A stretch of 32,000 bases of DNA from Aciduliprofundum boonei T469 (GCF_000025665.1 NC_013926.1:300001-332000); one strand, 5' to 3'. Positions 7,589-17,497 are shown, counted from the first letter of the stretch. Numbers and translations: made by a program. Notes: generated from the letters alone by a model not told the origin.

Positions 7589-10500
7589 GTGAGTAGCATG
7601 CTACGGAACAAATTTAAATTTGATATAAACAGAACAACAGTGCTTGTCGTTGTAGCTTTGGCATCTATTATGGCCTTGGGATTTTTTATAAGGGTGTACT
7701 GGGCCATAGGACCATCTATTCAGTACGGCTATTCTGTATCTGGCGGGTCTGATTCATACTATCATGAAAGAATCCTTAATTATATTCTCACATCTAAGCA
7801 TCAATTATTAAATGACCCTATGCTCAATTACCCTATGGGTTTAGATAACCCTAGGCCTCCCCTATTCCATTGGGCAATAATACTGGCCAGTATGATATTC
7901 TACCCGTTCCTAAACGCATACGATTCAGCAGTTCTTATGCTAATCCTATTTCCAGCAATATGGGGAACACTGACATTAATACCTGTATATCTGCTGGGTA
8001 AGGAAGCTTTCAACAGGAAAGTTGGATTGGTGGCTGCATTCTTCCTAGCCATAATGCCTGCAAACATAATGAGAAGTGTCGCCACTCAGGCAGACTGGGA
8101 TGCCTTTGATCTATTTTTCATAACTTGGATGTTCTATTTCTTCCTGATCGCTTTAAAAACAACAAAATCAAAGAACTGGATTAAAAACTGGTTCAATAAA
8201 GATGACCTCAAGCATGGGGTTTCAGTATTTATTAGAGAGAATAAAAAACCCATTGTCTATAGCGCCCTAGCAGGTGCTTCATTAGGCGCCCTTGCCCTAG
8301 CTTGGAAAGGATACACATATGCCCTCTCAATCTTAGCAATATATCTGGTTATCCAAGTTATAATAAACAGATTAAGAAACAGGTCCAATTTCCATATTTT
8401 AGTATTCACCGCCATATATACAATAGTTGGATTTCTAATGGCATTCCCCTGGTACTTTGTAACTCATAGGCTTGGTAGTTGGTATGAGATACCACTCATC
8501 GTAATACTTATTCCTCTATTCACAGCCCTATACTTTGAAATGACCTCAAAGTACCCGTGGCCCTTCGTATTCCTTGCAGGAGGCATAGGTTTTGGAGTAT
8601 TTGCCGTTATCCTAAATGTGTTCTTCCCAGATGTATGGGGCAAGCTTGTGAGCGGACAGGGCTATTTTGTGCATAGTAAACTATATTCAACCATTGCAGA
8701 GGCGCAGCCAGCAACTATGGGAGTCCTAAGCATGTCCTTCGGCATAGGCATATTCCTTCTATCCATCACCGGAGTTTTCTATCTCATCTACCTACTCAAA
8801 AAGAGGTTAAGCGAGCATTACATATTCTTCGTTATTTACACCAGCATAGCCATATTCATGGCAATTTCTGCAGCGAGGTTTATGTTTAATGCATCACCTC
8901 CTGTGGCGCTCACTGCAGCAGTATCTTTAATCTGGCTCATAGATCTGGTTGATATCAAAAAATCCATGGAAGAATTCAAGAAATATCGGGGCTCATGGAG
9001 AAAGGCATTGAAGAGAAATATAAAAATTTCTCAAATTACTGTAATACTCGTAATAGCATTTCTTGTGATATTTCCTACCGTTTGGTACGCTGTTGATGCT
9101 GGAATACCTTATGAAACCAAAGATAAATTCGACAAGCAAATATACAACAGCATGCCCTCGTTTATGAGACCCAATGAGACAACTTACAACAAATCGTCCC
9201 CATGGTATTTGGGAGCATTTGGCTATTCTATTCCAAAGCCAGAATATCCATGGCAACGGGCTTGGAAATGGTTAAGTGAGCAAGATAATTCTACGCCACC
9301 AAAGGACCGTCCTGCATTTCTTTCTTGGTGGGACTATGGATTCCAAGCTGTAGCACAGGGCAAGCATCCCACAGTGGCAGATAACTTCCAAGATGCTTAC
9401 AGATTCGCCGCCCAGGTTATAACGGCTCAAAATGAAAGTGAAGTGATCTCCCTATTCATCGCAAGATTTTTAGAGGCAGATTTCCACAAAAATGGAGGCA
9501 CATTGAGCCAGCCCATTATGAATGCCCTCATAAAGTATGCTGGGCAAGATAAAGCAAATAAAATTATTGATATTTTAAATGACCCAGATAAATACAGGAG
9601 AATAATAATTGAGAATCCACAAATATATGGACTTTATTCAAACGACATAGACTCTAAAAACGCCCTTTATGTGGCAATAAAGGGCACATTAGCATATCTA
9701 CCTCAAAATAAACTTATCTCAATGTATGATGCTATTAGAAACTCAACAGGATGGGATATAAGATACTTCGCCGTGGACTACCGTCTCTTCCCATTCTCCG
9801 GTATGAGAACAGGTATCTTCTATGCTCCTGCAAAGTTGGGTGATAGAAGAATATATCAGGCAGGAGGTACAGTGGTACCCTACGATTTCTACGACCTAAA
9901 AGCTGTGGATGCCAATGGAAATACTTATGATATAGATAAAGTACCTGCAAATGCCCAAATTGTGAGTTATAAAATAATTTACAAACCTATGTTTTACCAT
10001 TCTCTGCTATATCGCACCTTCATAGGTTATTCTGGAGAGGATATTGGTAAGGGAAATGGAATACCTGGATTCTCGCCAGATCTTGGAAGCTACCAACCTA
10101 TGCAAGCCTGGAACATGACACATTTCAAGTTGGTTTACAAAACAGCATACTGGAATCCGTATAAGGATTATAAAAATCACACCAAAGCATGGAAGCCCAT
10201 ACCAATAGAGCTGGCGTTGAAATATAAGAGAGAGGGAAAGGGTACTGTGGAATTGAACCCTCCTGCTTATCAAGTATTGCCCAACGATGTGGTAATTGTG
10301 AAATTCTACGAAGGTGCCGTAATACAGGGATATATAAGATTATCCACAGGAGAGCCTCTTAAGCATATAAGGGTGACTATTTTCGATGAATATGGTATAC
10401 CCCATGCTACAACTTTCACCAACGATACAGGATATTTCAAACTTCTATCTGTAGCAGGGAACATAACCTTGGTGGCATCTACAGATGGACATTATGATAA

Positions 10501-13500
10501 GCTAAGGATGATTGATAAAACAATTCTATATCACACCTTGATTAATGTAAGCCAAGAGCAGGCAATGCGCTTAAAACCCAATTTTGTGATCACAAAGAAT
10601 ATTACAATAAAACCCGCAACCCTCGATGGCGTTGTTTACTACGATATGAACCATAATAATAAATTTGATAAGGGAGATATAAAGCTCAATAATGCAACAT
10701 TTATTTTGGAGAACTCAACTTACGGTTACCATGTTTCTGTACCAATAAAGAACGGAGAATATCAGATTAAAGATATCCCACCACACGAATACAATGTGAA
10801 TTTGATTATAAATGGTAAAATGTTTAAGGATGTTGAAAAAGTTACACTCAATACAGGTATGGCTTTAACAAAAGATATTGCTCTTAAGCCATCATTCATC
10901 AAGGGTTCTGTTACATATACAAATGGCACACCTGCAGCAAATGCAACAATTAAACTTACTGGCTTATATTCAAAATATACGGCTCATACAGACCAGAACG
11001 GTAGCTTCAAAGTGCTTGTTGTGCCAGACAATTATACATTGGTCGCAAGCAAGCAGGATTATTACTCAAAGAAATTTGATGCTGCTGTTAGTAACTGGAA
11101 TATGACTGTGAATGAGAACATTACGCTTACAAAGGGATACACGCTCAGCGGCCATGTGGTTTACAATGGGGTGCCTATAGAAAGTGCAGTTGTGAAGGTA
11201 AAAAGTATAACTGAATACAATGTTTATATTGCTCAAACAGATAAAAATGGAGATTTCCGATTACACCTGCCGGGAGGGATATATACAATATACATACTCA
11301 CCACTTATCAAAATTACAAGATCGCCTATGTTGGCGTATTGTCTTTAAATCAAGATACTTCAAAAGTCATGAGAATGGAAAGAGCATACGCACTATATGG
11401 TAAAATTACATCTAAAGAAAAAACCGTTGGAGATATTGAGATCTCGCCCTTCAAAGGTGAGACTTTCTCAATGTGGTTCGCAAATCAGACTGGTTATTTC
11501 TATATATATCTCCCAGAGGGAACATACTCTATAGGATTCTTAGGATTTAACAATAGCTATAAGCCATTGTTCAGCAGGGCAATCATACATCTTAACAAGG
11601 ATACCGAAATAAATCCAATCTTGCAAATGGCAGAGACAATAAAAGGCTATGTATATGCGGGTAAAAATCAAACACTAAAGAATGGGGTAGTTATGCTGAA
11701 AGATGATAAGGGTTATTATGAAGTACGCAGCATACCCCCAGACGGAGAATTTACCCTGGGCTCAACAATAAATTATCAGTTGGACGCATTGGTATATGGA
11801 TATCATATAACCAAAGTATACACCCAAGGAAACAAAAAGATTATAAAAGCATCTCCAAATGAGGTGGAAATTAGAGGAAATATCTATGTGAACAATGCAA
11901 CAAATAGAGTGCCTTTGACAATTAAGTTTATATCTTCTAACAGAACATACACATTAACACATGTGATTGAGAGATATTCTATAAAAGTCTTGCCAGGAGA
12001 TTACACAATCGAAATTGTAGGTAACAACATAGAATATGTCTATGGAAAAATAGTGGCAAAGGCAGAGGTTGGCGAGGCACTGTTACAAAAGGACCTTCAC
12101 ATAAAGGCGCTCGCCCATGTGAATATAGTTTCTCAGGCGGATGTGGTTTACTGGTATCAAAATGGAACATTGGTGAAAACTGGAAAGGTTGTGGATATTG
12201 CCCCTGGAACATACACATTGTATTTAAGAAATTATGAGAATGCAAGGATAGTAAGAGTAAGTATAACACAAAATACCACTATTGAGGTAAATCTTAAAAG
12301 TGCTCACTTTGTAAATATAAAGCAAGAGAACTTCACCTACATGCTCCCAGTTAAAATATCCTCCCCTGCGGGAAATATCACATGGAAGACCCCAACAATA
12401 GCATTGCCTGCTGGGCATTATACATTTACCATAAAGGTAAAGAAGATGGTCTGGGGTAAATATTATCTCTATTTCAGTCAAGTTGATGAATACATAAGCG
12501 GCACAACTACCATAGTGTTGCATGTAACTACAACTCAGATCCTATCCAAGGTATCTGGCATTGTAACAATTGATAACCGTGGAGCTGCAAATGCAATAAT
12601 AAAATTCGTACCTTCAAATTCTGAGTTGCAAAATGTAACCGTTACCACAGATTCAGCTGGATATTATACAGCAAAACTAACTCCAGGAGATTATATGGTC
12701 TATTCATACTATGTGATGGGTGGTAAAAAGTACGCTTATATTGGAGAGATAAATGCTCAAAATTCCCAGAACCTCAATATTGAATTCCAAAAGGGCTACT
12801 TGCTCTACGGTGGAGTGTATCTAAACAACTCAAAGGTCTCAGTTATGGTAAATATAGAAACTCCTTACGGCACACTTAGTTATAAGGCAAATGGATACTA
12901 TTATGCAATACTCCCTCAAAACAATTACACGGTAAGTGCCAGCACATACCGTATAGAGTATGGACAAAAAGTAGATTACAAATTCACAAAGAAAGTTAAT
13001 CTCACGGCAGATACCTCTTTGGATGTTAGGCTTCAAAGACAGAATGTGCATATGATTACCGTTGATATATTGGGTTATGATAAGAATGTAGAGCCCTACA
13101 AGAATATGTGGATGTTAGTCAAACTTAAGAACACTGGAAACTCTCCTGAAAATGTTAAATTCGAGGTATTTGGACAGTGGAAGATAGTCAATCCACAGAG
13201 CTATAAAATGATACCTGGAGATGTTAAAGTCGTGAGTTTGGGTCTTAAAGTGCCTTTAATCAAAGCTGGAGATAACGAAGTGCATCTAAGGGTTAAATAT
13301 ACACAGTTCACAGACAAGTACTTCCATGTGAATGTGGCAAAGTACTATAATACCTCAGCAAATTATTCCCTCGTTTCTTGGAATGAAAATGCCCTCATAT
13401 ACAGAATAAAGGTTACGAACAATGGAAATACCTGGGTAAATTACACATTCTCTGTTCTCAATTCTAAGGAGCTGGAGACGAGGGGATGGGTCGTCAAAAT

Positions 13501-13819
13501 CTATGGGAAGTTGGGCGAAACAAATCATCTTAATGTATCTTCTAACAGCGAGGGTTCTATAGAGGTAAGAATAGAAGCAACAAAGAGTAGACCAGGCACC
13601 TCTGTGCCGGTACAGATTGTGGTAAAGGGAATGGGCAAGAGCATCCTAGTAAACCTGCCTCTGAAAGAAACATACATTAAAACATCCTCAGTTTACATCC
13701 AAGCTCCAGGAATTACAAACTACACATCCTTTGAAATGCAATCTTCCTGGTATGTTCTTTGGGGCCTTACAATTGCAACCTTCGTGGCGTTCATAATATT
13801 CTGGAGGTGGAAGAAGTGA
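7589..13819 (+). CDS. aglB: Archaeal oligosaccharyltransferase AglB (STT3 family) with a C-terminal multi-beta-sandwich extension of about 1180 aa and a terminal TM helix
   Basis: Multi-pass N-terminal membrane domain with GGSDSYYHER in the first loop. WWDYG motif at nt 9326-9340 (aa 580-584). From about nt 10290 there are at least nine CarboxypepD_reg-like modules (e.g. TNDTGYFKL, TDQNGSFKVLV, TDKNGDFRLHLPGGIYTI, TDSAGYYTAKLTPGDYMV), then two CARDB/NEW3-like modules, then WYVLWGLTIATFVAFIIFWRWKK. Start is GTG 7589 or ATG 7598. Confidence 0.9.
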   Translation: MSSMLRNKFKFDINRTTVLVVVALASIMALGFFIRVYWAIGPSIQYGYSVSGGSDSYYHERILNYILTSKHQLLNDPMLNYPMGLDNPRPPLFHWAIILASMIFYPFLNAYDSAVLMLILFPAIWGTLTLIPVYLLGKEAFNRKVGLVAAFFLAIMPANIMRSVATQADWDAFDLFFITWMFYFFLIALKTTKSKNWIKNWFNKDDLKHGVSVFIRENKKPIVYSALAGASLGALALAWKGYTYALSILAIYLVIQVIINRLRNRSNFHILVFTAIYTIVGFLMAFPWYFVTHRLGSWYEIPLIVILIPLFTALYFEMTSKYPWPFVFLAGGIGFGVFAVILNVFFPDVWGKLVSGQGYFVHSKLYSTIAEAQPATMGVLSMSFGIGIFLLSITGVFYLIYLLKKRLSEHYIFFVIYTSIAIFMAISAARFMFNASPPVALTAAVSLIWLIDLVDIKKSMEEFKKYRGSWRKALKRNIKISQITVILVIAFLVIFPTVWYAVDAGIPYETKDKFDKQIYNSMPSFMRPNETTYNKSSPWYLGAFGYSIPKPEYPWQRAWKWLSEQDNSTPPKDRPAFLSWWDYGFQAVAQGKHPTVADNFQDAYRFAAQVITAQNESEVISLFIARFLEADFHKNGGTLSQPIMNALIKYAGQDKANKIIDILNDPDKYRRIIIENPQIYGLYSNDIDSKNALYVAIKGTLAYLPQNKLISMYDAIRNSTGWDIRYFAVDYRLFPFSGMRTGIFYAPAKLGDRRIYQAGGTVVPYDFYDLKAVDANGNTYDIDKVPANAQIVSYKIIYKPMFYHSLLYRTFIGYSGEDIGKGNGIPGFSPDLGSYQPMQAWNMTHFKLVYKTAYWNPYKDYKNHTKAWKPIPIELALKYKREGKGTVELNPPAYQVLPNDVVIVKFYEGAVIQGYIRLSTGEPLKHIRVTIFDEYGIPHATTFTNDTGYFKLLSVAGNITLVASTDGHYDKLRMIDKTILYHTLINVSQEQAMRLKPNFVITKNITIKPATLDGVVYYDMNHNNKFDKGDIKLNNATFILENSTYGYHVSVPIKNGEYQIKDIPPHEYNVNLIINGKMFKDVEKVTLNTGMALTKDIALKPSFIKGSVTYTNGTPAANATIKLTGLYSKYTAHTDQNGSFKVLVVPDNYTLVASKQDYYSKKFDAAVSNWNMTVNENITLTKGYTLSGHVVYNGVPIESAVVKVKSITEYNVYIAQTDKNGDFRLHLPGGIYTIYILTTYQNYKIAYVGVLSLNQDTSKVMRMERAYALYGKITSKEKTVGDIEISPFKGETFSMWFANQTGYFYIYLPEGTYSIGFLGFNNSYKPLFSRAIIHLNKDTEINPILQMAETIKGYVYAGKNQTLKNGVVMLKDDKGYYEVRSIPPDGEFTLGSTINYQLDALVYGYHITKVYTQGNKKIIKASPNEVEIRGNIYVNNATNRVPLTIKFISSNRTYTLTHVIERYSIKVLPGDYTIEIVGNNIEYVYGKIVAKAEVGEALLQKDLHIKALAHVNIVSQADVVYWYQNGTLVKTGKVVDIAPGTYTLYLRNYENARIVRVSITQNTTIEVNLKSAHFVNIKQENFTYMLPVKISSPAGNITWKTPTIALPAGHYTFTIKVKKMVWGKYYLYFSQVDEYISGTTTIVLHVTTTQILSKVSGIVTIDNRGAANAIIKFVPSNSELQNVTVTTDSAGYYTAKLTPGDYMVYSYYVMGGKKYAYIGEINAQNSQNLNIEFQKGYLLYGGVYLNNSKVSVMVNIETPYGTLSYKANGYYYAILPQNNYTVSASTYRIEYGQKVDYKFTKKVNLTADTSLDVRLQRQNVHMITVDILGYDKNVEPYKNMWMLVKLKNTGNSPENVKFEVFGQWKIVNPQSYKMIPGDVKVVSLGLKVPLIKAGDNEVHLRVKYTQFTDKYFHVNVAKYYNTSANYSLVSWNENALIYRIKVTNNGNTWVNYTFSVLNSKELETRGWVVKIYGKLGETNHLNVSSNSEGSIEVRIEATKSRPGTSVPVQIVVKGMGKSILVNLPLKETYIKTSSVYIQAPGITNYTSFEMQSSWYVLWGLTIATFVAFIIFWRWKK

Positions 13820-14589
13820 AGAAAATAATTAGTGTTCTTCTATTTACCCTCCTATTTGTTACATTCATACCCACGGGAGCACACGCATCCCAACTGAGTA
13901 TACACATAGATGGGCCCACCGTACTGGGAACAAATCAAACTGCTCAATACAAAGTTTATGTGGAAGGATACTTCCACCTATTCAGATGCGGTATTATAAT
14001 GAGTGGATATAATCTTACAGGAGCAAAACCCACCAATTTCTTTGTAACATCAAGTGATAATGGACATTTTGTATTCAATGTCACCGCACCCAATGTGCCT
14101 CAAACGATATATCTCTACTTTGAAGCCTATGGAATGAAAAACTCAACCACTATAGGAGCAAGAGCTTCAAGGGAGTTAAGCATACAAGTGAAAAAGGCAA
14201 TGGATATAAAGGTCAAAATAAAAAATACGGAGGATTACGACCTTTACAATACCGTCTTATCTTTCTACCTAGATGGCAGGTATATTGGAAATACAACAGT
14301 AAATGTCATCAAAGCAAATTCAACCAAGGATGTTGTTTACAAGTGGATACCAAACGGACTATACGATGGAGAACATACTCTCACAGTTAAGATCTCTGGA
14401 AAAGGCGTTGTATTTGAAAATGACCAGCAGACATACCAATACAAATTCTACTATGGGACTCCACCATCATACGATTACATAACATATATGAGTTGGGGTC
14501 TGCTAATTATCGTATCCACCCTATTTGCCCTGTTTTTCCTGGGTAAAAAAGGAAAAAAGAGTGGCCCCGCACCAAAGTGGAAAAAATAA
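13816..14589 (+). CDS. Secreted, C-terminally anchored protein with CARDB/Ig-like domains, hypothetical
   Basis: The track ORF opens at TTG 13759, inside aglB. GTG 13816 gives a clean signal peptide VKKIISVLLFTLLFVTFIPTGAHA and overlaps the aglB stop (GTGA). CARDB-like IKVKIKNTEDYDLYNTVLSFYLDGRYIGNTTV...HTLTVKI. C-terminal TM WGLLIIVSTLFALFFL plus a basic tail. Confidence 0.65.
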   Translation: MKKIISVLLFTLLFVTFIPTGAHASQLSIHIDGPTVLGTNQTAQYKVYVEGYFHLFRCGIIMSGYNLTGAKPTNFFVTSSDNGHFVFNVTAPNVPQTIYLYFEAYGMKNSTTIGARASRELSIQVKKAMDIKVKIKNTEDYDLYNTVLSFYLDGRYIGNTTVNVIKANSTKDVVYKWIPNGLYDGEHTLTVKISGKGVVFENDQQTYQYKFYYGTPPSYDYITYMSWGLLIIVSTLFALFFLGKKGKKSGPAPKWKK

Positions 14590-14590
14590 T

Positions 14591-14920
14591 TCAACCCATT
14601 TTTCTAACAAATTTTATCCATCTCTTTTTATCTTCAATCTCATCGGTATGTCCATACTCTTTTAAGAATAGCACAATTCTCCTCAAAACTATCGCTTTCT
14701 CCACAATGTCTTCAGGCACATCCTCCATTCTCTTTATCTCATCCCTGAGAGAGTCATAAAGTGCTTCATACTTTAAAAGAGTTCGTTCTGATGGCTCTTC
14801 TATCTCCTTCTTGGGATAATACATTTCTCCAAACACCTCAATTTTTTCTGGAATATCTATAGAAAGAACATTTACCAAGTTGTCTATTTTCTTAAGAGCT
14901 TCCTCACTTTTCATTTTCAT
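14591..14920 (-). CDS. Hypothetical small acidic, mostly helical protein
   Basis: ATG start. 109 aa, Glu/Lys-rich. Overlaps the 3' end of the upstream gene by 17 nt, which suggests an operon. No family recognised. Confidence 0.5.
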   Translation of the reverse strand: MKMKSEEALKKIDNLVNVLSIDIPEKIEVFGEMYYPKKEIEEPSERTLLKYEALYDSLRDEIKRMEDVPEDIVEKAIVLRRIVLFLKEYGHTDEIEDKKRWIKFVRKMG

Positions 14921-15626
14921 TCCTTACCTTGTTAATAGCTTCTTTTAGAGTTAGCTCTCCCAAAGCAACCTTCTTTGCAAGAATCCGAGATATTGTTATC
15001 TTGCCATTGCTCTCAATTCTGCTTTTTCTCTGAATATCTTTCAAATAACCCTCTTTTACCACAATATTCAGTTTTTCTCTAACTCTCTTACCCCTCGTAA
15101 ACGCAATTACCTTAGCAGATTCCACATCCTTATTTGTTATTACCTCAGATGTATTCTTTTCATCAACTAACTCAATTGGATAATGCTCCACTAATGAATT
15201 TATTATCCTGTTTCTGTTGGTTATATCTCCATCACCTATCCTTATCAGAAAAATTTGAGGAGAGTAACCATAGTATATGCTGTCTATTAACCCTTTAACC
15301 TCTGATACTGATGATAACTGAATTTCTTCAACTACAACCCCATCCCCTATAACCGCAATGCCTGGCTTTGGACCAGGATCTATGCCTACCACAAGTTTCA
15401 TAAATCTCTTTTTTCCATACAAATAGGACTTTAATCTACGAATGCACTCTTTTGCTTCATAACATAAAACACAATTTTCGCCATCAAAATAATCTGTGAG
15501 TACCACATCGTAATTCTTTACATATCTCTCTCCACCTATAACTTCAAATCTTCTGCCCATCTCTTTAAGCTCTTTTTCCACTAGATACTCCAATTTTAAA
15601 TTCTTCATTATTATCCCAATTCTCAC
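14904..15626 (-). CDS. RNase H-fold protein resembling YqgF/RuvX-type (RuvC-like) nucleases, with extra N- and C-terminal domains
   Basis: KLVVGIDPGPKPGIAVIGDG ... LIRIGDGD ... IELVDEKNTSEV ... NKDVESAKVIAF follows the order of acidic motifs in RuvX (FDFGTKSIGVAV / GLPLNMDG / HDERLSTVEA / VDSASAVIIL; recalled from memory). GTG 15626 sits 20-31 nt from a TATA-like box. Alternative ATG at 15608. Confidence 0.6.
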   Translation of the reverse strand: MRIGIIMKNLKLEYLVEKELKEMGRRFEVIGGERYVKNYDVVLTDYFDGENCVLCYEAKECIRRLKSYLYGKKRFMKLVVGIDPGPKPGIAVIGDGVVVEEIQLSSVSEVKGLIDSIYYGYSPQIFLIRIGDGDITNRNRIINSLVEHYPIELVDEKNTSEVITNKDVESAKVIAFTRGKRVREKLNIVVKEGYLKDIQRKSRIESNGKITISRILAKKVALGELTLKEAINKVRNENEK

Positions 15627-15645
15627 AAATTATTGTAAATGTTGC

Positions 15646-15680
15646 TAATATTTTAAACTAGCGGGTTGAGCTTTAAATAT
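15646..15680. promoter_or_regulatory. Divergent promoter region: TATA-like boxes for the RNase H-fold gene (minus, 15646-15657) and the M50 protease gene (plus, ctttaaatat 15671-15680)
   Basis: The boxes sit 20-31 nt from GTG 15626 and 21-30 nt from ATG 15701. Confidence 0.3.
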
Positions 15681-15700
15681 GTGTTTTCCATGCATCAATA

Positions 15701-17239
15701 ATGAACGGCTGGCTCGTGGCACTGCTTTTGATTATAGTATGGATTGCTATCATCTACGCTCTTAAAAAACTCAAAAAGATAGGTGGAGCTATTTCTCTCT
15801 ACGGGCCAGCACTTATGATAAAAACAAAAAGGGGATTAGGGTGGGTTAAAAAAATTGCAAAATCAAAATTCTGGCTCCATTACGGAACCTTTGGAGTTAT
15901 CCTATCATTATTTATGATGCTTGCAGTATTTCTATTAGTTCTGTGGCAGGCATTTCTCGTTACCACAATTCCTTCCACAAAAGCACCCTCACCCCTCCAA
16001 GTTTTAGGAATACCTGGGATAAACCCCATCATACCTATATGGTATGGCATTCTAGGTCTCGTAGTAGCCATACTAATCCACGAATTTTCTCACGGGTTCT
16101 TAGTTGCTGCCCAAAAACTCAAACTTCTTTCCATAGGAGTACTTTTATTCATATTTCCAATAGGCGCCTTTGTGGAGCCGGATGAAGACGAGCTTATGAA
16201 GACCACGAAAAAGAAGAGAATGCGCGTTTTTGCGGCTGGCCCAACATCCAATATAATCCTTGCCATCGTTATATTTATAATTCTGGCTCTTATGATTGGC
16301 GGCATAACACCAAAGTACGATAACTATTATGTTGCCTCAAATTTCGAGGAAAATCCCAATTTCCACGCACTACCAGTGGGCACTGTAATCCTTGAAATCA
16401 ATGGAACAAAGATAGACAATTACAACGATTTCATGAATGTATCAGCCCCCTTGCCCGGAAAGATGGTAAATATGAAAATTTATAATGGAAAGGTGGAAAA
16501 CATAAGCGTTTACAGCGGAGTCATAGTTTCTTCCACCTTGAAAAATTACCCAGCATACGAGGCAGGCATTAGGCCCGGATGGATATTTTACAGCATAAAT
16601 GGAACGGTAATAAGAAACGAGGAGCAATTTTTAGAGGTGATGAACAAAACAAGAAGCAATGTACCTGTCCACATAAGTATGTTTAAGCCACCAAATCATT
16701 GGCTAAATGTTACTGTTGTGCTAGCAGACAAATATGATTACTTTGAAAAGTACGCACCACAATTAAATAAAGAATACTACAAGGGAAAGGGATTCTTGGG
16801 CATAAATGCAGAGTATCTCGGAGTAGGGTTAGGAGACCCCTATTATCTCAAAGCTTTATTATCAAATCCATATGCCAACGCAAAGAGCCTTCAGGATTTT
16901 TTCAGGGCGAGTATGGCATACATTGCTCTTCCATTTTTAGGGCTGATGCCATTCCCACACACTTTACAGCATCTTTATTCTGTACCCTTTTCTGGATTTT
17001 GGATAGTTGTTAACTCCCTTTACTGGATATTCTGGCTCAATTTGATGTTGGGAATGACAAATCTGCTCCCCGCCGTGCCATTAGATGGGGGGTACATATT
17101 CAAGGATTTTATGACTTACATTGGAGAAAAATTAAGGCTCAAAAATCCAAAGAATTTTGGAAATTCAATAACCTTACTATTCAGCTTTTTAGTATTATTC
17201 CTCATTCTCTGGCAGTTCATTGGACCCAGAATACACTGA
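15701..17239 (+). CDS. Site-2 protease family (peptidase M50) intramembrane metalloprotease with PDZ-like insertion
   Basis: HEFSHG (HExxH) at nt 16079-16096 inside a TM helix. Second motif NLLPAVPLDGG near the C-terminus. Central soluble region has PDZ-like character. Multiple TM helices. Confidence 0.85.
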   Translation: MNGWLVALLLIIVWIAIIYALKKLKKIGGAISLYGPALMIKTKRGLGWVKKIAKSKFWLHYGTFGVILSLFMMLAVFLLVLWQAFLVTTIPSTKAPSPLQVLGIPGINPIIPIWYGILGLVVAILIHEFSHGFLVAAQKLKLLSIGVLLFIFPIGAFVEPDEDELMKTTKKKRMRVFAAGPTSNIILAIVIFIILALMIGGITPKYDNYYVASNFEENPNFHALPVGTVILEINGTKIDNYNDFMNVSAPLPGKMVNMKIYNGKVENISVYSGVIVSSTLKNYPAYEAGIRPGWIFYSINGTVIRNEEQFLEVMNKTRSNVPVHISMFKPPNHWLNVTVVLADKYDYFEKYAPQLNKEYYKGKGFLGINAEYLGVGLGDPYYLKALLSNPYANAKSLQDFFRASMAYIALPFLGLMPFPHTLQHLYSVPFSGFWIVVNSLYWIFWLNLMLGMTNLLPAVPLDGGYIFKDFMTYIGEKLRLKNPKNFGNSITLLFSFLVLFLILWQFIGPRIH

Positions 17240-17476
17240 GCCAATGCTCATCTGCACACTTGTACCACTCTTTGGAAATAGTGCCCTATAACGAGAATCT
17301 TTCATGATTAAATCGTAGAATGTTATCACAGGCTTATTTATTTTCAATTCCTTTTTAAGTTGAGGGTCTGCAGAGGCAAAATTGAAGCATAGGCTACATG
17401 GCTTTGGGTCTGATGCAAGAAAATAACAAAGTCCATCACGATGGTATATGCACTTGCTAGCTACGGAGAATTTCAT
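17195..17476 (-). CDS. Hypothetical small Cys-containing protein (weak call)
   Basis: ATG start 21 nt downstream of the metallophosphoesterase stop. Four Cys in the first 30 aa (C9, C17, C27, C30). It fills what would otherwise be the longest non-coding gap in the window. Its last 15 codons overlap the M50 protease 3' end. No family recognised. Confidence 0.35.
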   Translation of the reverse strand: MKFSVASKCIYHRDGLCYFLASDPKPCSLCFNFASADPQLKKELKINKPVITFYDLIMKDSRYRALFPKSGTSVQMSIGSVYSGSNELPENEE

Positions 17477-17497
17477 AAAACCCTATTGTATTTTTGC

